A DNA stretch of 64,000 bases from Candidatus Eiseniibacteriota bacterium (GTDB lineage Bacteria; Eisenbacteria; RBG-16-71-46), in NCBI GenBank assembly GCA_963725865.1, contig CAVSAC010000009.1, positions 40,835 through 104,834 on the forward strand. The letters are read 5' to 3'. Shown piece by piece: positions 47,640-57,518 of the stretch. A program made the translations under genes and the position numbers. The notes below the pieces were generated by a model, which worked only from the letters and a program-made list of their open reading frames with translations, had not been told where the DNA came from and searched no databases. Positions within the stretch are counted from its first letter, which is position 1. Every line of letters starts with the position of its first letter.

Positions 47640-49702
47640 ATGGGCCGCATCCCATCGCATTGGTATGCTCTTCTCATGCTGTTGCTTGTCCCGAGGTCAT
47701 CGTCGGCGATCCAGCTGCAGTGGGGCTCGGGGAGTACCTCCCTGAACTTCACGAGTGCCACCCGATGCACCCTGGTCGTTCGAGCGGATTCCACCGAAGC
47801 GCGACTTCCGTCGGAGTGGCGGCTTCAATGGGTCACCGAGAGTTGCGACGTCCAGTGCTTGCCACTGAGTCCTGCGACCAAGTGCGACCACGCGGTGGCG
47901 GAAGTGGCGGACCTCGAAGGTCCTGCGACCAGCGCGGACTCCGCCGCGCACATGCCCACCGTCCGATTCTGCTCGACAGGAGAAGCGGCCGCGATGGCCG
48001 CGCGGTACGTGTTCGACTTGCCGGGCGGGGCTCGAGCTCGGTTCGGCGTGGTGGCGATTGCTCCGTCGTCTGGCGACGGGGTCATTGAGTCGAACGAGGC
48101 CCTCGCCAACGGGGGCGTGATCGCCACGTACCCGCCGGCCCTCCTGCGCGTCAACACGGTGCATGGATCCACCGCATACCGCCTTGACGCCGTGGGCATT
48201 GGACTGGCGGGAGCACTTTCGCTGGCACTGAGGGCGTCCGACGGGTCATGGTCGCAGCCGCTCGCTATCACGGACCAGACCGACGGGAGCATCTCAGCGC
48301 AAGCATCGCTTGCGGCCAATGTGCCGGCGTGCGGCGTGGAGCTGGTGGGCGAAGGGGAGACGGTCGCGAGTGCGACCTTGCAGGCCGAGCCCGAGCCGCA
48401 GTTGTTGGCCCCGGAGAGCGGCTGCATGCAGAGCTTCTCCGAGCGGGTGTTCGAGGATCGGTATAAGATCCAGCCCAAGGATTTCGCGTTCGTGCTCGGC
48501 GGCTGGACGCCTTCGGGGTTGTGGACGTTCCATCTCTTCTACATCAGGCAGAACCAATTCACACTAGCCGACACGAACATCGTCGGGCGTGAGGATTCGA
48601 CTGCCTGGAATATCGGCCACGCGGTCTCGAACAACCTGGATGATTGGCCAGCGGCCGACATCGACACCGCTGCAATCAAGACCCGCGCTGGCCGATTCGA
48701 CAGCCGTACGTTTGGGCACCCAGCATCGTGAAGCGCGGCCTGACGTACTTTATGTTCTACACCGGCGTCGACGATGTCGGTCAGCAGCGGATCGGGCTCG
48801 CCACCTCGACCGACCTGGTGTCGTGGGCGCAGGGCGACAGCATCTATGACGTCCCGAGGGCGGGCGACTGGATCGAGCCGACGACCAAGGACTTCCGCGA
48901 TCCGTTCGTGATGGCGGACCCGAATGCTCCTGGAGAGTGGCTCATGTACTTCGCCGCAGGCGTCGACACGAATCGAACGCTCGTGACCGGCGTGGCGAGG
49001 TCGCGCGGTGACTTCACCCAGTGGCTACCATCCGACGCCCTCTGGGCCACTCGGCATCCGCATCCCAGGGTCGAGTCGCCGCACGTGTTCGAGCGACAGA
49101 GCAAGTGGTGGCTCCTCTACACCTCGAGCGACACAGTCTACGCCGTGTCGACCCCAGGAAGCCCGTCGGACACGACCACGACGAACTGGAGCGCTCCGGC
49201 CCGACTTCAGTCGCTGGTCGTCGATCACCCGGGCATCTACTACAACTGGCACGCGACCGAATACCTCGAGGTCAGCGCGGCGAACGACATCCGCTACCTA
49301 GCCGCCTACAACGACTACCCCATGTCCATCAGCATCACCCAGATGCGCCCGGCGAGTCCGCCTTACCTGTTCAAGGACGGCTGCCCGTCTGCAGCAAGTG
49401 TGGACGAACCCGCTTCGAGCGTCCTGGAGCCTCGGCTCTTGCTTGTGGGGGCACGGCCTGCGAACTCGCACGCGAAGTTCCGGATCGAACTCCCGGCGCG
49501 GATGTTCGCGCGTCTCGCGGTTTACGACGTGCTCGGTCGACGTGTGAGGACCCTCGCGGATCGGGAGCTGGCAGCCGGGAGGACGGACCTAGAGTGGGAC
49601 GGGACCAACGAGAGCGGAAGCCGGATCGGGAGTGGCGTCTACTTCATCCATCTCGCCTCGGACTCGTTCCGGCGCACCATCCGACTGCCGCTGGTCAGAT
49701 GA
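47640..49702 (+). CDS. Paralogue of 44975-47086 (copy 2; frameshift near 48710)
   Basis: IQLQWGSG..SLNFTSATRCTLVVRA, QPKDF, VWAPSI, FRDPFV, VESPH, WDGTN..G..SGVYF. Confidence 0.8.
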
Positions 49703-52194
49703 GTCGTTTGACGCCGGTCTCGCACACCGCAATCGGAGTGGCCCTCACGCTGCTGCTCGGTGCGACGACCGCCTTCGCCCAGTACGTCGACTCGAGCGTC
49801 TGGGGAACCGACGGGGTGGTGACGAAGGTCCTGCGGTCCGGCAACACGCTTTACGTGTCCGGGTCGTTCAGCCACGTGGGTCCGAACTCGGGGGGCGGTG
49901 TCGAGGTCGACGACGTCAGGGGCGAACCGACAGGCCGACTTCCGAAGGTGGCGGGAGTCGTCGAGGTGGTGATCCCCGATGGTGCCGGTGGCTGGTTCAT
50001 CGGGGGCGCCTTCGCAGGGGTCGGCGGACTGGCGAGGCGAAACCTCGCTCACATTCTGTCGAACGGAAGCGTCGACGGGTGGACCCCGGATCCGGATGAG
50101 CCGGTCGAGGCGATGGCGATCGGTGGAAAGACCCTGTATGTCGGGGGCAGTTTCCAGAGGATCTCTGGCGTGCCCCGGGCCTACCTGGCTGCGTTCGACC
50201 TCGGGACGGGCCAGATGCTGGCGTGGGACCCCGCTCCCGACCGTCGGGTTCGTGCCTTGGTGTGCGGGTCTTGGCAGCTCTACGTGGGCGGGGACTTCGC
50301 GACGCTTGGAACTCAGACACGATGGAGTCTGGCCGAGATCGACCGCTCGACTGGAAGCGTCACCGACTGGGATCTTCGGATTGGATCCTTGACTGGCCCG
50401 GGATCTGTCCGTGCGCTGGCGCTCTCGGGGGACACGCTCTTTGTCGGTGGGATGATCGCCGCCATGCAAGCCATCTCACGGTTTCACCTTGGTGCTCTGG
50501 ATTGCAGCAACCGCATCCTACTGGAGTGGAATCCCCGAGTGACATCCCCGACCGGGGACATGTACTTCGGAAACGGCTACGTGTCGGCACTCGCGTTCCG
50601 ACCCGATGCGGTGCTGGTCGGTGGACACTTCACGGGAGTTGGTGGCGAAGTTCGCGCTGGGCTCGCGATGGTCGATCGAGCCAGCGGGCTGGTGACGGCT
50701 TGGAGCCCCAGCTTCAACTCGACGTCTAGTGATGGCTCCGCCGACATCACGTCGATCGCGGTCGACGGGGACTCCGCGTACGTGGCGGGCGGGTTCCTCG
50801 GCGTCAACGGGCTGTCGCGGAGCTACAGCGCCAAGCTGGATCTTGGATCCGATGGCGTCTCCGCCTGGGCCCCGCAACCCACGGACCCAGTCCACGCGAT
50901 CGCCACTCAGGGAGATGGGGTCTACTTGGGGGGCGTCTTCGCTGGCCTTGGCTCCGAGTGGCGGCGACGGATCGACATCGCCGCGTTCGACGCCACCACC
51001 GGCGCGGTGAAGGACTGGAACCCGAACCCCGATGGCTTGGACGTTCGCACGATGGCGCTATCCCATGGGCGGGTCTATGTCTGCGGATTCTTCGCCTCGA
51101 TCGGCGGGCAGCCCCGCGATGGATTGGCTGCGCTCGACACGCTCACCGGGGCGGCCACCGCCTGGTATCCCGTGACCAACGGCTGGACGAAGACGCTCGA
51201 GGTGGTGGGCGACACGCTGTACGTCGGTGGGGCATTCGGGAACGTGAACGGGCAGCCGCGTGGGAGACTGGCGTCGTTCGACCTCACCACCGGGATGCTG
51301 ACGGACTGGGCGCCCGACGCCAACAGCGACGTGTTCGACATCGCGTTGAAGGGGAGTACCGCCTACCTCGCAGGCTTCTTCTCGGCTGTCGGCGGTGTGC
51401 CGCGTCGTTACGGCCTGGCGGCGGTGGACGCGATCACCGGTCAGTTGCTCGACTGGGATCCACAGCCCGACAACTGGGCGAACGCGATCGAGATCGTCGA
51501 CAGCGTGCTTTACGTGGGAGGGGTGTTCAATACCATCGGAGGGCAGCCACGGGTCAACCTCGCGGCCCTCGACCTCCGGACAGGACTCGCGACCAACTGG
51601 CGGGCGGACGCCAATTCGGCGGTGAACACGTTGTTGGTCATGAACGACACGCTCTTCGCCGGTGGGCTGTTCTTCATCATCGCGGGGCAGCCACGCAACG
51701 GCGTCGCCGCGCTCGACCTCCACACGGGAACGCTGCTCGACTGGGACCTCGGCCTCAGCGCGGTCGAGTACTCGGCGGCCATCCCGCATCCCGTGGTGTA
51801 CGGACTCACGCTCGCCGATCACACGCTCTACGTCGGCGGGCGATTCGGCCGCGCCGGCGTCGCGCCCGCCGGCGGCCTGATCGCCTACGCGTTCCGTCCA
51901 CCGCCGGTCTCCCCGCCACCGCTTCCCACCACCGTGGCGCTGGCACCGATGGCACCCAATCCGGTGCGCGCAGCCGCCACCATCCGGTATGCGCTGCCCG
52001 TCGCAGCCGCGGTGAGTCTCTCGGTGTTCGACATCCAGGGGCGACGGGTTGCCGTGCTGCTCGATCATGCGCAGAAGCCCGCCGGCAGGCACGAGGCGTT
52101 GCTCGACGCTACGGGCTGGCCCGTAGGGTTCTACTTCTGTCTGCTCGAAACCGGCACGACCAAGGCGATGAGGAAGTTCGTGGTTCTGAAGTAG
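49699..52194 (+). CDS. Secreted beta-propeller repeat protein (LYVGG.F repeats) with FlgD/T9SS-A-like C-domain
   Basis: Signal AFA/Q; repeated L(Y/F)VGG.F..(I/V).G..R..LA..D..TG....W.P units; PNPVR...DIQGRRV...GFYF; ATGA overlap. Confidence 0.8.
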   Translation: MSRLTPVSHTAIGVALTLLLGATTAFAQYVDSSVWGTDGVVTKVLRSGNTLYVSGSFSHVGPNSGGGVEVDDVRGEPTGRLPKVAGVVEVVIPDGAGGWFIGGAFAGVGGLARRNLAHILSNGSVDGWTPDPDEPVEAMAIGGKTLYVGGSFQRISGVPRAYLAAFDLGTGQMLAWDPAPDRRVRALVCGSWQLYVGGDFATLGTQTRWSLAEIDRSTGSVTDWDLRIGSLTGPGSVRALALSGDTLFVGGMIAAMQAISRFHLGALDCSNRILLEWNPRVTSPTGDMYFGNGYVSALAFRPDAVLVGGHFTGVGGEVRAGLAMVDRASGLVTAWSPSFNSTSSDGSADITSIAVDGDSAYVAGGFLGVNGLSRSYSAKLDLGSDGVSAWAPQPTDPVHAIATQGDGVYLGGVFAGLGSEWRRRIDIAAFDATTGAVKDWNPNPDGLDVRTMALSHGRVYVCGFFASIGGQPRDGLAALDTLTGAATAWYPVTNGWTKTLEVVGDTLYVGGAFGNVNGQPRGRLASFDLTTGMLTDWAPDANSDVFDIALKGSTAYLAGFFSAVGGVPRRYGLAAVDAITGQLLDWDPQPDNWANAIEIVDSVLYVGGVFNTIGGQPRVNLAALDLRTGLATNWRADANSAVNTLLVMNDTLFAGGLFFIIAGQPRNGVAALDLHTGTLLDWDLGLSAVEYSAAIPHPVVYGLTLADHTLYVGGRFGRAGVAPAGGLIAYAFRPPPVSPPPLPTTVALAPMAPNPVRAAATIRYALPVAAAVSLSVFDIQGRRVAVLLDHAQKPAGRHEALLDATGWPVGFYFCLLETGTTKAMRKFVVLK

Positions 52195-52307
52195 GCGGAC
52201 GGCGCGCACCGCGGGTGTGGCTTCGGCGATCGGCCCTCGCGCCCTGTCGAGAGTGGCAACACGGTCGAGGAACGGTTCCGGCTCTGCGCTCATGGAGGCG
52301 AGCCCGC

Positions 52308-53933
52308 TCACCCGCTCTCGGACGGCGTCGCGATCGCGGCCAGCATGCTCTCGCGGGACTCGTCCACGATGCGCCCGGCGCGCCCGAGCAGCCGCCACCA
52401 CATCACCCCCAGCGCCAGCGCCAGCGCGCTCGCCGCGAGCGCGGCGGCGAGTGCGCGCGCGGGCTCGGGGGCGAGCGCGTGCGCCAGTCCGCGCAGGATC
52501 GCCAACACCGCGAGCGTGGCGAACAGGCTCCCGGTCTGCAACAGTGCGGCGAGCGGGCTCGCGCCGGAGCCGCGCCGCCCGCGCGTGTCGACGCGCACCG
52601 GATGGCGCGCCGAGAGGTGGTTGCCGACCACGAGTGCCGCGAGCAGCAGCGCCAGCGCCCACGCCGCGGCCTCGAGCCCGGCGGCGCCGCGCACCGGGAA
52701 GCCGACGAAGCCGAGCGCCACCAGCGCCAGTCCCACGGTGAGGGCGAACTGCACCGCGGCGGCGAGGTCCTTGGCCAGCACCAGCGCGCGCCCCTCGAAC
52801 GGGAGCAGGAACAGCAGCCGCAGTCCTTCGCGCTCGCCGCCGAACAGGCTCAGCGCCAGCGTCTGCACCTGCAGGCTGAGCATGACGGTGACGAAGGGCC
52901 CCATGAAGGCGATCGCGTCCTTCCCCATGCCGCGCAACAGCAGCACGATGAACACGCCGTAGAGGGCGAAGCCCAGCAGCTGCGGCCCGCGCAGCGACAG
53001 CCGCAGCTCGCGCGCGAACAGCAGCGCCACCGCGCCGCGCCGCCCGTGCGGCGGGTGCGGCGCCCGCCGCACCGCGCCCGTCGCGCGCGCCGGCGCTGAC
53101 GCCGACTCGGTCTCGCGGTCGAGGGCCACGCGATGGGCGAGTCGCCAGCCCAGCTCGACCAGCGCCACCAGCAACAGGAGCGACGCGGCGAGCGCCGCGA
53201 GCGCGTACGGCCAGCGTCCGGCGAGCGCGTGCTCGGCCACCGCGGCGGGCCACGCCGCGAAGGGGTCGAGCCGGTGGAGCGCGTCGGCGGCGCGGGCGAG
53301 CCGCTCGGAGACGCCCATGCCGGGATGATCGAGCGCCCCCGCGACGCGCCGACGCACCTCGAGATAGATCAGGTAGCCGCCGCCGGCGATCAGGGTGGAG
53401 AGCGCCTCCTGCAGGTAGCGCAGCCAGCGCACCCGGCGCAGGTCGTCCACGAGCGTGAGCAGCAGCTGGAGCAGGGCGCCGGTGAGCTGCACCAGCATCG
53501 TGACCGCGAGCGCCGCCGCCGCGCCGGCCGCGGCGCCGCCGCGCGCCGCGGTGGCGGCCACCACCGCGACCAGCGCCGGCACCACCACCAGCGCCGCCGG
53601 CTCGACCATGCCGAACGCCACGCTCGCCAGGTACACGGTGCGCGGGTGCACCGGGTAGCGCAGCATGCGGCGCAGGTCGAACGCCTCGCTCCAGCGGTTG
53701 AGGATCAGCACGATGCCGAGCCACGACGCCTGCGCAATCGCCAGCGCCACCACCACGCCCGGCGCGCCCTGCTCGCGCACGGTGACGTAGGCCAGCCGCG
53801 CGCCGCCGAGCCACGCGGGCGCGAACGACACCGCGAACACCCCCATCAGCACCAGCGCGAGCACCCGGCGCCTGGGCGGGATGGCGCGCCACCACAGCCG
53901 CGCCTTGAGCGCGAGCAGGCCCCGCACCGTCAT
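52308..53933 (-). CDS. ABC transporter permease
   Basis: Many TM helices; FGGEREGL..LFLLP..GR.LVLAKD; ATGA overlap with the ATPase. Confidence 0.75.
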   Translation of the reverse strand: MTVRGLLALKARLWWRAIPPRRRVLALVLMGVFAVSFAPAWLGGARLAYVTVREQGAPGVVVALAIAQASWLGIVLILNRWSEAFDLRRMLRYPVHPRTVYLASVAFGMVEPAALVVVPALVAVVAATAARGGAAAGAAAALAVTMLVQLTGALLQLLLTLVDDLRRVRWLRYLQEALSTLIAGGGYLIYLEVRRRVAGALDHPGMGVSERLARAADALHRLDPFAAWPAAVAEHALAGRWPYALAALAASLLLLVALVELGWRLAHRVALDRETESASAPARATGAVRRAPHPPHGRRGAVALLFARELRLSLRGPQLLGFALYGVFIVLLLRGMGKDAIAFMGPFVTVMLSLQVQTLALSLFGGEREGLRLLFLLPFEGRALVLAKDLAAAVQFALTVGLALVALGFVGFPVRGAAGLEAAAWALALLLAALVVGNHLSARHPVRVDTRGRRGSGASPLAALLQTGSLFATLAVLAILRGLAHALAPEPARALAAALAASALALALGVMWWRLLGRAGRIVDESRESMLAAIATPSESG

Positions 53934-54715
53934 GCGCCGAGCCAGTCCAGCGTCGCGGTGCCGCGCGCCTGCGCGCCGACGCGCTCGAGGAACAGCGCCT
54001 CGAGCGGGCGCGGCGCGCCGTCGGCACCGCGGCGCAGCTCGTCGAGCGTGCCGTTCGCCACCAGCCGGCCCGCGGCGATGATGCCGACGTGCGTGCACAG
54101 GCGCTCGACGATCTCGAGCACGTGCGAAGTGAGGAACACCGTGGCGTGCCCGCTCGCCACCACGCGCTGGAGCAGCTCGCGGATGTGCGAGGTCGCCACG
54201 GCGTCGATGCCCTCGAACGGCTCGTCCAGGAACAGCAGGCGCGGGTTGTGGATCAGCGCGCACCCGAGCCCGAGCTTCTTGCGCATGCCGTGCGAGTACT
54301 CGCTCACCAGCCGGCGCGCGTCGGCGGCGAGACCCAGCGCCTCGAGCAGCTCGTCGGCGCGCGCGGCGGCGGTGGCGCGGTCGAGCCCGTAGGCCTCGCC
54401 CACGAAGCGCAGGTGCTCGGCGCCGGTGAGGCGCTCGAACAGGTAGAGCCCGTCGGGCACCACGCCGATGGCGCGGCGCAGCGCGATCGGGTCCTTCACC
54501 ACGTCGATGCCGAGCACGCTGGCGCTGCCGCGGGTGGGCGAGAGCAGGCCGGTGAGGATGTTGATGGTGGTCGACTTGCCCGCGCCGTTGGGACCGAGGA
54601 AGCCGTAGAACGCGCCCGCCGGCACCTCGAGGTCGAGCGCGTCCACCGCGGTGGTGCCGTCGAAGACGCGCGTCAGGCCGCGGGTGACGACGACGGGATC
54701 GCGGTCGGCGGACAT
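53930..54715 (-). CDS. ABC transporter ATP-binding protein
   Basis: GPNGAGKST, YSHGM, LDEPFEGID, TSH. Confidence 0.9.
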   Translation of the reverse strand: MSADRDPVVVTRGLTRVFDGTTAVDALDLEVPAGAFYGFLGPNGAGKSTTINILTGLLSPTRGSASVLGIDVVKDPIALRRAIGVVPDGLYLFERLTGAEHLRFVGEAYGLDRATAAARADELLEALGLAADARRLVSEYSHGMRKKLGLGCALIHNPRLLFLDEPFEGIDAVATSHIRELLQRVVASGHATVFLTSHVLEIVERLCTHVGIIAAGRLVANGTLDELRRGADGAPRPLEALFLERVGAQARGTATLDWLGA

Positions 54716-54772
54716 GGCGCTCCTCGAGAGGACTCTCGGTGATCCGGCATCAGGCGCGTCCTGCGGACGTGG

Positions 54773-55426
54773 CTACTTCCCCCTGCCCTCGACCGGTGTG
54801 GCAGCGGCCGACTTCGCGGCCTCTTCGGCGGCGGCCTTGTCGGCATCAGCCTGAGCCGCGGCAGCAGTCGCGCCTGCCACCGGCTTGCCCTCGGCGACGG
54901 TCTTCAGCCGGGCGAGCCCTTTCTCGATGTCGGTGCCCAGCATGTTGTCCATGTCCATGAACATGCCGAGCGCTTTGCCGATGAAGTTGTGGTTCCCATC
55001 CATCGACCACGTCACGAGCGAGCCGGTCGGCGTGTCCGCGAGGGTGAGCGCACAGGTTGCCGTGGACTTCATCGGCGCCACGAACTCGAGCTTCATGCCC
55101 ACCTTCCGGCCAGGGACGCTCTCTTCGATCGTCATCCTGCCCTTGCCGACTTCCTTGGTGCTGCTCCACGCATACGACTGACCGACGCCCGCCGCGGGGC
55201 CTTCGAAGGTCTTCTGCATGTTGGGATCGAGCTCCTCCCATGGCGACCCGAAGAGCACCAGGACACCCGCGAACTGATGGAGGTCGTTGAGGACCCCGAA
55301 CACGAGTTCGGCTGGAGCAGCGACCTCGAGCTTGCGCTCGACGTGATAGGCGGAGGGCCGTGTGGCCACGACCGCTGCGAAGAGGACCAGGACACCCGCG
55401 ACACCGATGAGGATCTTCACGAGCAT
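54773..55426 (-). CDS. SRPBCC (polyketide cyclase-like) family protein
   Basis: YHVER, SPW..LDP, GVG..Y.W, GKG.MTI, VTWSMDG, DIEKGLARLK. Confidence 0.8.
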   Translation of the reverse strand: MLVKILIGVAGVLVLFAAVVATRPSAYHVERKLEVAAPAELVFGVLNDLHQFAGVLVLFGSPWEELDPNMQKTFEGPAAGVGQSYAWSSTKEVGKGRMTIEESVPGRKVGMKLEFVAPMKSTATCALTLADTPTGSLVTWSMDGNHNFIGKALGMFMDMDNMLGTDIEKGLARLKTVAEGKPVAGATAAAAQADADKAAAEEAAKSAAATPVEGRGK

Positions 55427-55788
55427 TGAAGCCCTCCTGGATGACTTCCAGTGGTCCGGAACCAGCCAGCGACGGATGGGCATCGAAGCCGTGAGACCTC
55501 ACCTGACGCTCTGGGGTCGTCCGAAGCGTACCCGGAGGCAAGGAGGTCTCGCGGTGAACCGGAGGATCTCGGTGAAACGGCCCGCCCGCAGGGGGCGCCA
55601 GGAGCTCGATCGTCGCGGTGCCGGCGCCGACCCGCGCATCCGTCGCCGGCGGGTGCCGAAGGTGGCCGCGGGTCCGAGCTGCGATGCCGCGGCGCGGGAA
55701 CCCGATCGTGCGCCCGCGACGGCGGTGCGCATCGTAGCGCGCTTCCACGCCGGAGGAGAAGCGGCTTTGTCGGACCACCGAACGTCCT

Positions 55789-56947
55789 CTAGCGGAACTC
55801 GGCCGCGATCGGCGCGTGGTCGCTGGCGCGGCCGGGGCCGTCGAAGCCCTGCACGCTCACGCCGCTGCCGCCCTGCCAGCCGCGGCCCGCGAACCAGTCG
55901 AGGCGCAGCGCGCCGCGCCGCTCGGCCCAGTCCAGCACCGGCGCGGCCGCGCGCCGCAGCGGCCGCGGCAGCGCGTTGACCTCGTCGAGCCGGTCGAGGC
56001 GCAGCCGCAGCGTAGGGGCGTGGTCGACGAACGGCGCCCACGCGAAGCCGCCGGCCCTGAGCTCCTCGAACAGCGGCTCCTTGAACAGCCCGCGGTCGGG
56101 ATGGAGCATGCGCGCCTCGAGCAGCGGGCCCGGCCAGGTGAGCAGCGAGGCGCCGCCGGTGAACGAGGAGTGCCACAGCCCGCGATCGAAGGTGTGGGTG
56201 TTGAAGTCGCCCGCCAGCACGACCGGTCGGCGCTCGTCGTCCAGCGCCTCGACGATGACGCGCACCTGCGCGGCTCGGTGTGCGCGGGTGCGGTGCACCT
56301 CGAGGTGGCCGCTCACCGCCACGAACGGCGCGCCCGGGCCGCAGCACCTCGACGATCAGCGCGACGTGGCGGCCGACCATGCGCTCGAGGTCGAACTGCA
56401 GCTGCTCCGGACTGGGCAGCTCGACGACGCGCGACCTCGCCGAGCGGCCAGCGCGACAGCACCGCGAGGCCGAACAGGGCCTCCTGGTTCTCGCGGCCCG
56501 CCGCCATCGCCGGGTCTTCGTCGCGCCCGGCGGTGGTCTCGAGGAACAGTGGCGCCCACACGCCGTGGCGGCCGAGCGCCGCCGCGAGATCGACGGCGAC
56601 GTCTCGGTTGGCGGCGCGCGCCAGCCGAGGTCGATCTCGTTGAACAGGTAGAGGTCGGCGTCGGCGAGAGACGGATGGCCCAGCAGCGCGTGCTCGACCT
56701 GCTCGTACCAGTTGCCGTGCTCGATGTTCCAGTGCACCGCGCACACGCGCGACGGATCCGCGGACGGGGGCGGGGGCGCGGGCGGCGCATGGCGGTGGAG
56801 CTGGGCGAACAGCGTGGCGAAGCGCGGCGCGAGGTCCGCGCGCCACGCGCTCGAGGCGCGCAGCTCGGCGAGGGTCTTGAACGGCGTCACCGCGCGCTGC
56901 AGGGCGCGGCACTCGGCCAGAAGCGCGGGATCGCGGGGCGGGCTCAT
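55789..56947 (-). CDS. Endonuclease/exonuclease/phosphatase family protein (frameshifted)
   Basis: WNIE, NEID, GHLE, AGDFN, RLDW, SDHAP. Confidence 0.8.
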
Positions 56948-56966
56948 GGCGTGGCGCGCGCGGCGC

Positions 56967-57365
56967 TCAGACCTTCGGCTTCCCGCGGGTGGCGAGCCAC
57001 ACCGCCAGGGTCCAGCTCGGCACCAGGTCCACGCCCGGCAGCAGCTCGGCGACGAAGGTGGGCAGGAACGCCCAGTGCCAGCCGAGCATGCGGATCATCA
57101 GCAGGGCGATGGCGATGTCGAGCACGTCGTCCACTGGCGAGACCGCGCCGGCCATGAACAGCGGGAACATCACCCACTGCGCCGCGTCGGCCGCGATCGC
57201 GATGCCGAGCGCGAGCCCGATGCGGTGGCGCTTCAGGGGCCGTGTCGTGGGCGCGTCGCCGCCTCCGGTCGCGGGCGGCGCGGTGCCGGGCGACAGCGGT
57301 CCTGCGCCGGCGGTCGGCGGCGCCGGGATGCGCTCGGGCTCGAGGTCCTCGATGTCGTCGCTCAT
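56967..57365 (-). CDS. Hypothetical membrane protein
   Basis: AIAADAAQ...LGWHWAFLPTFVAELLPGVDLVPSWT. Confidence 0.65.
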   Translation of the reverse strand: MSDDIEDLEPERIPAPPTAGAGPLSPGTAPPATGGGDAPTTRPLKRHRIGLALGIAIAADAAQWVMFPLFMAGAVSPVDDVLDIAIALLMIRMLGWHWAFLPTFVAELLPGVDLVPSWTLAVWLATRGKPKV

Positions 57366-57518
57366 CTCAGAGGAGCATGCCGTGCCGGGCGCGATCGAGG
57401 AGCGTGCCCGGGCCGCCGTCGCGTCAGCTCCAGCACCGCCGCGTCGCGCAGCGCGCTGCAGAACGAGCGCGGCTCGGGGTGGGCGTGGACGATGAGCACC
57501 TTCATGGCCGTCACCGCT

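Noticed and set aside
49699..52194. Periodic DNA similarity as a CRISPR or tandem array
   Set aside because: Explained by degenerate protein-level propeller repeats; no identical direct repeats with spacers
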